Origin: an uncultured bacterium | GTDB taxonomy: Bacteria > Fidelibacterota > UBA2242 | DNA: 64,000 bases | Reading direction: 5' to 3' | Assembly: GCA_964588795.1 (NCBI GenBank) | Contig: CAZPQN010000009.1 | Coordinates: 294-64,293, forward strand | Shown: positions 10,504 to 20,951 of the stretch, one piece after another | Layout of the letters: each line of letters starts with the position of its first letter | Numbering within the stretch: position 1 is the first letter of the stretch | Made by a program: the position numbers and the translations under genes | The notes under the pieces: generated by a model | Told to the model about the DNA's origin: nothing | Seen by the model: only the letters and a program-made list of their open reading frames with translations | Databases searched by the model: none

Positions 10504-11571
10504 ATGCATCCCACAGCCTCACGCTTTGTGCGCCTTTTTCCCGGGCTTTTCGGGCTTCTGGCCTGTTGCCTGCTTCTTTCCTGCGCCCGCAAGATTTACA
10601 ACATCGCCCATCCGGCGCTCGCTGACGGCCGCTACGACACCGAGTTCCCCTACGGCGCCTGCTCCCGTGAAATCGCCACCGTCGGCAGCACCACGCACCT
10701 GCTGAATTCGATTGCCTACTACAAAGCCTACCTATTACCCGAAAATGAACAGTGGAAACTGGGCGAAATCAATCGCACCGTCCTGGAAAAACGCACCACC
10801 AAAATAATTTATTTCAACAATACCGCCTCCGGAACCGCCACCGTCATCCTGAGCGAACCGCACCGCATTGCCCTGATGACCTGTGCCCATATCGTGGATT
10901 TCCCCGATACGATCGTCCGGTACAACCGCAACGAGCAGAACCAGCCTGTTTCAGTGCAGAGCATCGCCTTTAAGGAGAAACAAAATAATTATATCACCGA
11001 TATTACGGAAGGCGGGGAAATGAGCATCCTGTATCTGAATCGCGAGGCGGATTTCGCCATCGTCGCGCGTGAATTTTCCGCTTTTATGACCAATTTAGCC
11101 CCGGTGTTCGACTTCCCGCGTGGCAAAGCCAGCGAACTTGACTGGGGCAATTATGTCTATCTCTTGGGTTTTCCCCGCGGCAACAAAATGGTCACCAGCG
11201 GGCTGGTCAGTCTCAGCGACCGCGAACGGAGCGGCGATTTTTTAGTCGATGCGCCTTTCAACCGCGGCTTCAGCGGTGGACTGGTACTGGCGATCCGCGA
11301 CGGCGTGCCACACTTTGAACTGGTCGGCATGGCGAAGTCCGCCGCCGCCGAGTACGAATACGTCATTCGCCCGCCGGATAACATCAATTTCGACCGCTTC
11401 GATGAACGCACTCCCTACCGCGGCGAACTGTTCGTGGACTACAAAGCCAACATCCAGTACGGTGTCACCAATGTCACCGCGCTCGAAACCATCATCCGCC
11501 TGCTCCGGCAGAACGAAAAAACATTCCTCGGCCGCGGCTACGACTTCAGGAAATTCTACGGAGAAAAGTGA
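10504..11571 (+). CDS. Lipoprotein, putative trypsin-like (S1 family) serine peptidase
   Basis: AGGAGG RBS 6 nt upstream of the ATG. Lipoprotein signal LFPGLFGLLACCLLLSC. His-Asp-Ser order consistent with a chymotrypsin fold (MTCAHIV ... EADFAIV ... NRGFSGGLVL). Confidence 0.45.
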   Translation: MHPTASRFVRLFPGLFGLLACCLLLSCARKIYNIAHPALADGRYDTEFPYGACSREIATVGSTTHLLNSIAYYKAYLLPENEQWKLGEINRTVLEKRTTKIIYFNNTASGTATVILSEPHRIALMTCAHIVDFPDTIVRYNRNEQNQPVSVQSIAFKEKQNNYITDITEGGEMSILYLNREADFAIVAREFSAFMTNLAPVFDFPRGKASELDWGNYVYLLGFPRGNKMVTSGLVSLSDRERSGDFLVDAPFNRGFSGGLVLAIRDGVPHFELVGMAKSAAAEYEYVIRPPDNINFDRFDERTPYRGELFVDYKANIQYGVTNVTALETIIRLLRQNEKTFLGRGYDFRKFYGEK

Positions 11572-11818
11572 TCTTTTTCTGATCAACCAGGTGAATTATC
11601 CTCAGCATAATTTCTAGTATTGTACTCAAGTCCCCTTGATTCAACCCCACAATTCAGCCTAGCCTTCCGGCATTTAATAATCCCGTACCGCTTTAGCGGT
11701 TTACAGATCATAAAATCCTGCTCCATCGTCTAGCTTCCGTTCTCCATTCCTTCCCTTACCGTTTTTCTTGGAAGTCTGTGGAGAAAAAAATAAATTCCTG
11801 TTCGATTTTTCACAGTGA

Positions 11819-12865
<1,047 letters not shown>

Positions 12866-12872
12866 ACGCGAC

Positions 12873-14993
12873 GTGAAATCCGTCAACTTCATATTCGGGA
12901 TTCACAATCATCAGCCGGTAGGCAACTTCGACTTCGTACTCGAGGATGCCTACCGGCAAAGCTATCTGCCCTTTATGGAAATCATCGCGGAATTTCCCCG
13001 CGTCGCCATCACCTTCCACTTCAGTGGCTGTCTGCTGGAATGGCTGGAAGCCCATCATCCTGAATATCTCGACCAGATCGCCCAACTCGTCGCCCGGGGC
13101 AATGTCGAAATCATTTCCGGCGGCTTTTTCGAACCGGTTCTGGCCATGATCCCCGACGACGATAAGGTCGGACAGATCCGCATGCTGAATGATTATATCA
13201 AGCGGCGTTTCCATTATGAGGCCACGGGGCTCTGGCTAACCGAACGCGTCTGGGAACCGCATTTAGCCAAACCCATTGCCGAAGCCGGCATCAAATACAT
13301 CACCGTGGACGACTACCACTTCCTCAGCAATGGCAAATCTGCCGAGGAACTCACTGGTTACTTTCTGACGGAAGAGCAGGGGCAGACGCTGGGAATTTTT
13401 CCCATCAGCCAGAAACTGCGCTACGCCATTCCCTTTCAGGAGCCGCAGGTCACGCTCGACCACCTGGCGCAATATGCTACCGACAACGGCGGGAATTGCA
13501 TCGTTATGGCGGATGACGGCGAGAAATTCGGCGTCTGGCCCGGCACTCATGAACAGGTTTTCAAAGCCGGCTGGCTCAGAAAATTCCTCCAGGCCCTCGA
13601 TGCGAATCGCGATTGGATTCACACTATGACCTTCGCCGATTGGTACCAGCACCAGCCACCCAAAGGGCGCATCTACCTGCCCACCGCTTCCTATTTCGAG
13701 ATGAGCGAGTGGGCTTTGCCGTGGGCGGCGGGGGAAAAATTCAGTGACCTGATCCATGAATTCGAGCATAAAAACCGTATCGACGAGGTGCGTCCATTCC
13801 TCAAGGGTGGCATCTGGCGCAATTTCCTTTTCAAATATGACGAGGGCAACTGGATGCAGAAAAAAATGCTCCGGCTGTCCCTGCGTCGCCGGCAACTCGC
13901 CTCCGGGCCATTGTCCGCCCACCAGAAAAAAATGCTCGACGACGCCCGCCAGCATCTCTGGCGCGGCACCTGCAATTGCGCCTACTGGCATGGTATTTTC
14001 GGCGGGCTGTATCTGCCGCACCTGCGCCAGGCAATCTATCAGGAACTGCTCAAATGCGAAGCCCTGCTGAACAAGATCGAAAATCGCAGCGCCTTTCACT
14101 CCGTGGTCGGTGACTGCGACGCCGACGGCGAAAACGAAATCCTCATTGATTACGGCAATCTGCATGCCGCCTTCGCCCCGCATCGCGGCGGATGCATGCA
14201 GGAGCTCTCGCTGATGGATAAATCCTTCAACCTGCTCAATACCATCAAACGCTATCGCGAATCCTACCACCGCAAGGTCTTTTTGGCCGACAAAGAGGAA
14301 AATTCCCCGACCAGCGGCAGTATTCACGACCTGGTATTGGCCAAGGAAAAGGGTTTGGAAAAGTACCTCAAGTACGATCAGTACCCGCGCAAGAATCTGC
14401 TCGATCATTTTATCCACCATTCCGTCTCACTCGAAAAGTTCCGCGACGGCGAATACTTCGAGGACAGCGACTTCATCTTCGGCAAATTCGATTTCGCCGT
14501 TGACGCCAAAACCCGTACCGTGACGCTGACCAAAACCGGCGGCGTCAACTGGCAGAAATTCAAGCTCCAGAAGGCGATCACCTTCGAGAAAAACGCCTTG
14601 AAAATCGTCTACCACCTCACCAGTCTCAGCGAGCGCGAGAACATCTTCCGCTTCGGGCCGGAGTTCAATTTCGCCCTGCTGGGTGGCAATTCCCCCGACC
14701 GCTACTACATCGCCGACGGACAGAAAATAGCCCAGCCGGCACTCAACAGCCAGGGTATTCAAACCGGCATCGAGGCACTGGGCGTAGTCAATGAATGGGA
14801 CAAATTCCAGGCAGAGGTTCGGGCCCCGCAGGCGGTCGAATTCTGGCACTTCCCTGTCGAGACCGTCTCACTCTCCGAAGCCGGCTTCGAGCGTGTTTAC
14901 CAGAGCTCGGTCATCATCCCGTGGTTCGATGTTAAAATTCAACCCGGGGCGACGATCGTGGCCGAACTGGAATTAAAAATCACGAACCTTTAA
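12873..14993 (+). CDS. Glycoside hydrolase family 57 protein (alpha-glucan-active; amylase, 4-alpha-glucanotransferase or branching-enzyme type)
   Basis: N-terminal FIFGIHNHQPVGNFDFVLEDAYRQSYLPFMEIIAEFPRVAITFHFSGCLLEWLE is the GH57 signature region, and the 705-aa length is typical. GTG start 8 nt after the gap stop codon; the track ORF opens earlier inside gap. Confidence 0.75.
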   Translation: MKSVNFIFGIHNHQPVGNFDFVLEDAYRQSYLPFMEIIAEFPRVAITFHFSGCLLEWLEAHHPEYLDQIAQLVARGNVEIISGGFFEPVLAMIPDDDKVGQIRMLNDYIKRRFHYEATGLWLTERVWEPHLAKPIAEAGIKYITVDDYHFLSNGKSAEELTGYFLTEEQGQTLGIFPISQKLRYAIPFQEPQVTLDHLAQYATDNGGNCIVMADDGEKFGVWPGTHEQVFKAGWLRKFLQALDANRDWIHTMTFADWYQHQPPKGRIYLPTASYFEMSEWALPWAAGEKFSDLIHEFEHKNRIDEVRPFLKGGIWRNFLFKYDEGNWMQKKMLRLSLRRRQLASGPLSAHQKKMLDDARQHLWRGTCNCAYWHGIFGGLYLPHLRQAIYQELLKCEALLNKIENRSAFHSVVGDCDADGENEILIDYGNLHAAFAPHRGGCMQELSLMDKSFNLLNTIKRYRESYHRKVFLADKEENSPTSGSIHDLVLAKEKGLEKYLKYDQYPRKNLLDHFIHHSVSLEKFRDGEYFEDSDFIFGKFDFAVDAKTRTVTLTKTGGVNWQKFKLQKAITFEKNALKIVYHLTSLSERENIFRFGPEFNFALLGGNSPDRYYIADGQKIAQPALNSQGIQTGIEALGVVNEWDKFQAEVRAPQAVEFWHFPVETVSLSEAGFERVYQSSVIIPWFDVKIQPGATIVAELELKITNL

Positions 14994-15013
14994 TCCTGCT
15001 TTAGTTACCACAT

Positions 15014-15044
15014 CCCCGCCCAGTCACTACGGCGGGCTTATTTG
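15014..15044. terminator. Putative bidirectional Rho-independent terminator between the convergent GH57 and glnE-like genes
   Basis: CCCCGCC-cagtcactac-GGCGGGC hairpin followed by TTATTTG on the plus strand. Confidence 0.4.
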
Positions 15045-15053
15045 CCCGGGCGC

Positions 15054-18044
15054 TCAAACGTTATTAGCGGACAGGAGGCGTTCCTCTTGTACAAGAAGCG
15101 TTTCGATCAGAGTGCTGTTGCTCTGGAGGGTATTCTGCAAAATCCTGCACAGGTGTTTCCCATCGGTTATCGGTTGTTCCAGAGCTTTAGTCAGCGGTTT
15201 GACGATTTGCGAGAGGTGCTCGATCTGCAACTGGTCGGTATTGGAAACCATGAGCCGGTACAGATCGCGGGCATGCTTCAGCAGGTGGTAGCCTTCCGTC
15301 AGCTGTCGCAGGTTTGCCTTTTGCTCCGGCAGAAGCCGGCAGATATTTGCGATCAGTTCGCCAGAGATAGGAGCGCTAATCGCGAGGCGGGCTTTCAAAA
15401 TAAATAGGCAATTTTCATAGTCGCGCAAACCGCCGGGGCTCTCTTTCAGGTCCAAGACATCCGGCGCAAAGGTCGCCTGACGACGCAGGCGGATGTCCCT
15501 GATCAGGGCGGCGATGAATTGCTCCCGCCGGGCAAAAATATAGGGTTCGACAATTTCGCGCAGGAAGCTTTCCTGAAAGTGGAGACTGCACACCACCGGG
15601 CGAGCACCGAGCAGTTGCGACTGGTCAATGTACAGGTTTTCATCGGGAGCGGCAAACAGATTGCGCAGAGCGGTGAAGGTTGTAACGTAATACCGGAAGC
15701 GATCGGCAAACCGGTACTGCGGTATTATCGAGCGGCGGATGATGCGCTCGTTCATTTTTTGAATAACCCGATTGCTGAAGGCATGCATGCTTTTATCATC
15801 GCTGTTCAGTAAAATGATCAGGTCGTAATCGTCATCAAAAGCCTGACCGCGGGCATGTCCGCCGGCAACAAACAACGCGAGCAGGTCACGGGTCGCGGCG
15901 GTGAAATTCATGGCGCGGGCGACTTCCTCGCGGCAGAGTTCGAACAGCACCTGCAGGTAGTTGTCGGAGAAAGTCGTGAACTCGCGGCTGACCTTGGCAA
16001 AGGGGGCGCCGTTGATCAGACTGATGCCGTGGCGCACATATTCGAAATCGTAATAGTCGCCGAGGCGTTCCGTTTTCTCTTCCAGGGAATCGAAATTATC
16101 AATGTTATGAAAAAGTCCTTCGGCCAGCTGACTGAGTTTCAGTTGATTGCTCAGGGAGGTCAAGTAATCCGCATAGGTATTGAAGACCCGCTGGACGAAA
16201 CGTTTGAAATAATAACTGCTGTCGCGGTACAGGCGGCAGAGCAGAATCGTGGTATTCTTGAGGATCTCAATTTCCGGTTTCCAGGCGGGTTGTTCGAATA
16301 TGGAAATGATGTTTTCCAGTAATTCCACCGATAGCAGTGCTAAAAAATTATTCAGGGTTTGCGGCGCGAATCGCAGAATCTGGCTGATGCGCGTAACCGT
16401 TTCGAGCGTGCTCTCAAGCCCTTGGACGAATTCCCGGATGAATCCCCGGTAAAAATCGGTCTCCGTGATCTGCGGGCGACGGTGAGCGAGAATCGTGAAC
16501 AGGGTGATCAATGAATATGGTGAACCGACACCCCAGCGGACGAAGGTTTTAATCAGGGCGGTCTGTTTGTCAGACGGCAGGCGGTTGAAGTCCTCGACAA
16601 AGCGCCGCAGAAGCACCTGGTTGGGATTGTTCAGGCTGTTCAGCAGATCATCCCAGAATCGCACTCCCTGGAAAAACCGACTGGTCCTGATAAAATCCAT
16701 GGGTACGTTGAGTGCCGTAACCGGTTGCGCTTCGCGGGTATTAAAATGCGTGATGGGATGAAAAACAGAAATCGCCGCCAGATGCTCGGTGCTATCCAGC
16801 AATAGTGTTTCGATTCCCTGGCGCGCCAGCTGATGATGATCGTAATAATTGGTCAGCATCTGGGTGACGGCATCGGCATAACTCTTATCAGCGTAGCCCA
16901 AAGCCTGCGCCACCGGTCGGAGATTCGCCCGTACTCCGGGATTATCCAAATGAACTTCCTCTTCCTGGACGACCATCATCTGGTACAGAAAACGGAACGA
17001 CTCCAAAAAGGTCAGGGCTTTGAATATCTGATGATAACTTTCTAAGCTGGCGCCATTGCTCTGGAGTAAAACGTCCAGCACCTCCAGCGAAGTGTTGCCC
17101 GCGAGCCCTTTCCAGGTTTTGAGCGCAAACAAGATCGCTTTCAGCATCCGCAGTCCGTCGCGCTTGGGATTCAGGATATTTTCCAGCGGCTCCTTGTACA
17201 TTAGATCGCGTATCTCACCCAATAGTCCGCGTAAAAAGCCCTCATGATAACGGTTGTCCTGGCCGTGGCGATAATAATAGCGGCTAAGAATTTCGTTCCG
17301 GAAATCAGCGAACAGGTTGACGTCGCCGAGAATCGGAACGGCGTTGACCATTTCGCTCAAGATGACGAAATCCCCGATCTCATCGTCCAGCAGGGCATGA
17401 TAATCCGCCACGGAAGCCGAATAACCGCTGGTGCCGACATGCTCAGAAAGATGGAAATGCAGGGCGCAGGCGTACTTGAGCATCTCGGTATTCAGTGCGC
17501 CGAATGCAGTCGTCAGCATCATACGCTGCGCCTCGCCGGTGTCTATGATGCCGAGGTCAATATCGTCCTGATCCACCCGCGTGCCGACCCCGCATACGAC
17601 GAATCCAGGGCGGGTTTCGCCGGACAGAAACAGGTTCAGCAGGGTCTGCATATAAGCGGCCGTGAGCCGGCGAAAATCGTTGCCGGTGCGCATCAGGAAG
17701 GTCCGCAAGCCCTGATAGCGGTCCAAGCCGGTGCTCATTTTCATCTGCAGGACATCGAGGGCTTTGATATCCAGCAGTAAAAACTGCAGACCGTAGTAGC
17801 AACCTAATAGTTCCTGACGCAGTCCCGCTTCGGGAATTATTTCGACAATCACCTGCATTTCCCGGCGCGGTTGGGGCGCCAACCGCAATAGATGCACCTG
17901 ATCCACCAGCCCGCGTTCATCAAGCAGATTAATCAGGTCATCAAAACGCTGACGGATATTGAAGATGTATTTGCTGAAATGGTTGCCTAACTCCGCCGCT
18001 CTGGCGAGCAGGTCATTCAGCGAGTAGTGAATGGCGGATTTCAC
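15054..18044 (-). CDS. glnE: GlnE-like bifunctional glutamine synthetase adenylyltransferase / adenylyl-removing enzyme (two nucleotidyltransferase domains)
   Basis: 996-aa protein with two pol-beta-type NTase motifs about 550 aa apart (GFVVCGVGTRVDQDDIDLGIIDTG and ALFVAGGHARGQAFDDDYDLIILLN). Each is followed by a helical region; a GG.RD.E-like motif (SPGGLRDYENCLFIL) follows the second. Size and architecture match GlnE. Confidence 0.55.
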   Translation of the reverse strand: MKSAIHYSLNDLLARAAELGNHFSKYIFNIRQRFDDLINLLDERGLVDQVHLLRLAPQPRREMQVIVEIIPEAGLRQELLGCYYGLQFLLLDIKALDVLQMKMSTGLDRYQGLRTFLMRTGNDFRRLTAAYMQTLLNLFLSGETRPGFVVCGVGTRVDQDDIDLGIIDTGEAQRMMLTTAFGALNTEMLKYACALHFHLSEHVGTSGYSASVADYHALLDDEIGDFVILSEMVNAVPILGDVNLFADFRNEILSRYYYRHGQDNRYHEGFLRGLLGEIRDLMYKEPLENILNPKRDGLRMLKAILFALKTWKGLAGNTSLEVLDVLLQSNGASLESYHQIFKALTFLESFRFLYQMMVVQEEEVHLDNPGVRANLRPVAQALGYADKSYADAVTQMLTNYYDHHQLARQGIETLLLDSTEHLAAISVFHPITHFNTREAQPVTALNVPMDFIRTSRFFQGVRFWDDLLNSLNNPNQVLLRRFVEDFNRLPSDKQTALIKTFVRWGVGSPYSLITLFTILAHRRPQITETDFYRGFIREFVQGLESTLETVTRISQILRFAPQTLNNFLALLSVELLENIISIFEQPAWKPEIEILKNTTILLCRLYRDSSYYFKRFVQRVFNTYADYLTSLSNQLKLSQLAEGLFHNIDNFDSLEEKTERLGDYYDFEYVRHGISLINGAPFAKVSREFTTFSDNYLQVLFELCREEVARAMNFTAATRDLLALFVAGGHARGQAFDDDYDLIILLNSDDKSMHAFSNRVIQKMNERIIRRSIIPQYRFADRFRYYVTTFTALRNLFAAPDENLYIDQSQLLGARPVVCSLHFQESFLREIVEPYIFARREQFIAALIRDIRLRRQATFAPDVLDLKESPGGLRDYENCLFILKARLAISAPISGELIANICRLLPEQKANLRQLTEGYHLLKHARDLYRLMVSNTDQLQIEHLSQIVKPLTKALEQPITDGKHLCRILQNTLQSNSTLIETLLVQEERLLSANNV

Positions 18045-18063
18045 GGGATGAGCGAGGAGCGTC

Positions 18064-18624
18064 TCAGACCGGATGGGACTGCAACCAGTCCGTCGCCATG
18101 TCTACTCCGAGCTGAAAAGCATGGAGATTCAGCTCTTCGGTACCTTTGGGGACGCGCGCCCGAATAGCCGATTTGATGGCACCCTCGGAAACTATCCCAA
18201 CCAGTTTGAAGATGGCCCCCAGGGCAACGATGTTGGCGACCATGGCTTTTCCGATTTTGTCGGTCGCCTGCTGAATGATCGGCAGGCTCACCACGCGGAA
18301 ATCACCTTCCGGAATCCGGGTCACCATCTGGGCATCAACGATCAGGATGCCGCCGGGTTTCAAATCGCCGATATATTTCTGGCAGGCTTCCTGAGTCAGA
18401 GCCAGCATGATATCAATTTCCTCGGCTTTAGGATAGTCAATTTCACCATCGGAGATGATGACTTCCGAGCGACTCGCTCCGCCGCGCGCTTCCGGCCCGT
18501 AGGATTGACTCTGAGTGGCATTCAGATCGTCATAAATTGCGGCGGCTTCGGCTAAGACTTTTCCGACCAGGATCAAGCCTTGACCACCGGCGCCGCTCAA
18601 CCTGATTTCATAACGGAATGGCAT
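18064..18624 (-). CDS. 2-oxoacid:ferredoxin oxidoreductase, gamma subunit
   Basis: MPFRYEIRLSGAGGQGLILVGKVLAEAA...YGPEARGGASRSEVIISD is the POR/KOR gamma-subunit signature. Confidence 0.85.
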   Translation of the reverse strand: MPFRYEIRLSGAGGQGLILVGKVLAEAAAIYDDLNATQSQSYGPEARGGASRSEVIISDGEIDYPKAEEIDIMLALTQEACQKYIGDLKPGGILIVDAQMVTRIPEGDFRVVSLPIIQQATDKIGKAMVANIVALGAIFKLVGIVSEGAIKSAIRARVPKGTEELNLHAFQLGVDMATDWLQSHPV

Positions 18625-18641
18625 AATTGCTCTCCTACCTT

Positions 18642-19457
18642 TTAGGCTTTTTGCGGTTGGGCAAAATTTATAATTTGCTGGTAGTTGGTCTGATAATCCG
18701 CCTGTTCGCGGTCAACCAGAACTCCGACGATAATTTTGTCGGTCAGTTCTTCGGGAGTCATTTTGGCGGCTTTTTCGAGACTCACGGTATGGTCTTTCTG
18801 GAAAAGGAGCATTTCCACCGGACCGCCGGCCTTGTTCATCCGTCCGTAGGCGGTAGGACACGGGGAAAGCACCTCCACCACCGAGAAGCCGCGCTTGGTC
18901 AGCGCCTGCTCGATGAATTTATCGAGTCGCGCGGTGTGATAGATCGTCGAACGCGCCACGTAGCTGGCTCCGGCCGCGGCCGCTAAACGAGCGATGTCGA
19001 AGGGTGCGTCCGGGTTACCGTAAGGGGCCGTGGTAGCTTTCTTACCCGTCGGCGTAGTCGGCGAAACCTGTCCCCCGGTCATTCCATAAATGTTATTATT
19101 GTAGATAATGGTCGTGATGTCAATGTTGCGCCGGGCGGCGTGAATGAAATGGTTGCCACCGATAGCGACGGCGTCGCCGTCTCCGGTGACCACAATGACA
19201 TGCAAGCGGGGTTTGGCGATTTTCAGACCGGTCGCAAAGGCCAGGGCTCGCCCATGCGTCGTGTGCAGGGTGTTGAAATCCACGTAACCGGGGGTGCGGC
19301 TGGAGCAACCGATTCCGGAGACGACGGCAATGTCGTCTTTCTGCCAGCCCAATTTGGCAATACAGCGCAATAATGATTTCAGCACCATTCCATGCCCGCA
19401 ACCGGCACACCAGATATGCGGCATCTTGCTCTGACGCAGATAGTGTAAATAATCCAT
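18642..19457 (-). CDS. 2-oxoacid:ferredoxin oxidoreductase, beta subunit (TPP-binding)
   Basis: HIWCAGCGHG..., GIGCSSR, TPP motif VVTGDGDAVAIGGNHFIHAARRNIDITTIIYNNNIYGMTGGQ. Start set at the internal ATG (MDYLHYL) so the gene does not overlap the alpha subunit. Confidence 0.85.
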   Translation of the reverse strand: MDYLHYLRQSKMPHIWCAGCGHGMVLKSLLRCIAKLGWQKDDIAVVSGIGCSSRTPGYVDFNTLHTTHGRALAFATGLKIAKPRLHVIVVTGDGDAVAIGGNHFIHAARRNIDITTIIYNNNIYGMTGGQVSPTTPTGKKATTAPYGNPDAPFDIARLAAAAGASYVARSTIYHTARLDKFIEQALTKRGFSVVEVLSPCPTAYGRMNKAGGPVEMLLFQKDHTVSLEKAAKMTPEELTDKIIVGVLVDREQADYQTNYQQIINFAQPQKA

Positions 19458-19461
19458 GGCA

Positions 19462-20622
19462 TTACCCTGCAATTGCTGAATAAATTTCACGCGGCGTGAT
19501 CGGCTCACCATTGACCCGATTGACGCGCATGACGGGGCGGCTCCGTCCGATCGCCCATTCGACCTCATGCGCAATTTGTCCGAGGTTCAACTCTGGAACG
19601 ACGATTGTCTGAACGGAAGACAGGACGGCCAGAATTTCCTTTTCCGGAAAGGGCCAGATGGTTTTCAGTTTCAGCAAGCCGGCTTTAATTCCTGCTTCCC
19701 GGGCCATCAGTACGGCTTTCTTGGCGGAACGGGCGGTGGCACCGTAAGCGATCACCAGCACCTGTACATCGTCCGTCTGAAATTGTTCAACCTCTACAAT
19801 CTCGTCGCGATAGCGTTCGATCTTGCGGTTAAGGCGTCGCATCTGCTCTTCCACCTTGTCGGGATTATTGGTCGGGAAACCGCTTTCGTCGTGGGCCAAA
19901 CCCGTTATATGATAGCGGTAGCCCTCGCCGAAATTGGCCATGGGTGGAATATCAGAAGGCGTCATGGCATAGGGCAGATATTGTTCCGGCGGCCCAGCGG
20001 GTTTGAGGCGTTCAATGATCTCCAGTTCCGTCTGGTCGGGAATCTCGATTTTCTCATAGAGATGGCCGGTGATCTCGTCCGTCATTATTAAAACCGGAGT
20101 CCGAAATTTTTCCGCCAAGTTGAAAGCGCGCACGGTCAGGTCAAAGGTCTCGCGTACTGTGGACGGGCACAGCGCAATGATGCCATGGTCGCCGTGCGTT
20201 CCCCAGCGCGCCTGCATCATATCACTTTGGGAAACGTGGGTGGGCAAACCGGTGCTCGGCCCGCCGCGCTGAACATCAACGACCACCACGGGGATTTCTG
20301 CCATCGCCGCAAATCCGATATTTTCCTGTTTGAGACTAAAGCCCGGTCCGCTGGTAGCTGTCATGGACTTGACCCCTGCAATGGAAGCACCCAATACCGC
20401 CCCCATGGCGGCGATCTCGTCTTCCATCTGGATAAAATTGCCCCCGGCTTTGGGCAAGCGCGCCGCCAAGACCTCGGCGATTTCCGTAGAGGGCGTAATC
20501 GGATAGCCGGCAAAAAAGCGGCAACCGGCCGCGATGGCGCCCTCGGCACAGGCAGTATTGCCCTGCATCATGCGTATGTCTTTTTTTAATGTAGCCACGA
20601 TTGCATTCCCTTTACTTGACAA
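19462..20622 (-). CDS. 2-oxoacid:ferredoxin oxidoreductase, alpha subunit
   Basis: GNTACAEGAIAAGCRFFAGYPITPSTEIAE...TATSGPGFSLKQENIGFAAMAEIPVVVVDVQRGGPSTGLPT. The track start is a TTG overlapping the delta-subunit end; an ATG (MMQGNT) lies 17 codons downstream. Confidence 0.85.
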   Translation of the reverse strand: MSSKGNAIVATLKKDIRMMQGNTACAEGAIAAGCRFFAGYPITPSTEIAEVLAARLPKAGGNFIQMEDEIAAMGAVLGASIAGVKSMTATSGPGFSLKQENIGFAAMAEIPVVVVDVQRGGPSTGLPTHVSQSDMMQARWGTHGDHGIIALCPSTVRETFDLTVRAFNLAEKFRTPVLIMTDEITGHLYEKIEIPDQTELEIIERLKPAGPPEQYLPYAMTPSDIPPMANFGEGYRYHITGLAHDESGFPTNNPDKVEEQMRRLNRKIERYRDEIVEVEQFQTDDVQVLVIAYGATARSAKKAVLMAREAGIKAGLLKLKTIWPFPEKEILAVLSSVQTIVVPELNLGQIAHEVEWAIGRSRPVMRVNRVNGEPITPREIYSAIAG

Positions 20623-20830
20623 CTTCCGGTTCTGCTTCCGCCACCTGCACCGTAATGGCGAAATCCGGACAGAGATTCTCGCACATGCGACAACCGATAC
20701 ACAGTTCCGGATGCGCCACCTGCGCCGTGAAAGTGCCCAGTACTAAAACTTTCTTGGGACAGACGGCGACGCACACCCCGCAGCTTTTACACCAGGCCTC
20801 GTTGATTTGCACTTCCGACGTTTTTTTCAA
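20612..20830 (-). CDS. 2-oxoacid:ferredoxin oxidoreductase, delta subunit (2x[4Fe-4S] ferredoxin)
   Basis: 72 aa with two CxxCxxCxxxCP clusters (CKSCGVCVAVCP and CIGCRMCENLCP). First gene of the delta-alpha-beta-gamma operon. Confidence 0.8.
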   Translation of the reverse strand: MKKTSEVQINEAWCKSCGVCVAVCPKKVLVLGTFTAQVAHPELCIGCRMCENLCPDFAITVQVAEAEPEVVK

Positions 20831-20951
20831 GATCAGTCTCCGTTTTCAGGTTACGCACCAATTCACTCGCCAAACTTAATAAATTAAATTGAATTTTCCG
20901 TACTTGCCGGCATCCTGGCTTGGTCAAGTGGTGGACTTTGATCTGGTTATC

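Noticed and set aside
13263-14420. 385-aa antisense ORF inside the GH57 gene
   Set aside because: It lies entirely inside a well-supported sense gene. Its composition is Gly/Ala/Val-rich GC-third-position mirror sequence with no motifs, which is the typical long antisense ORF of a high-GC genome.
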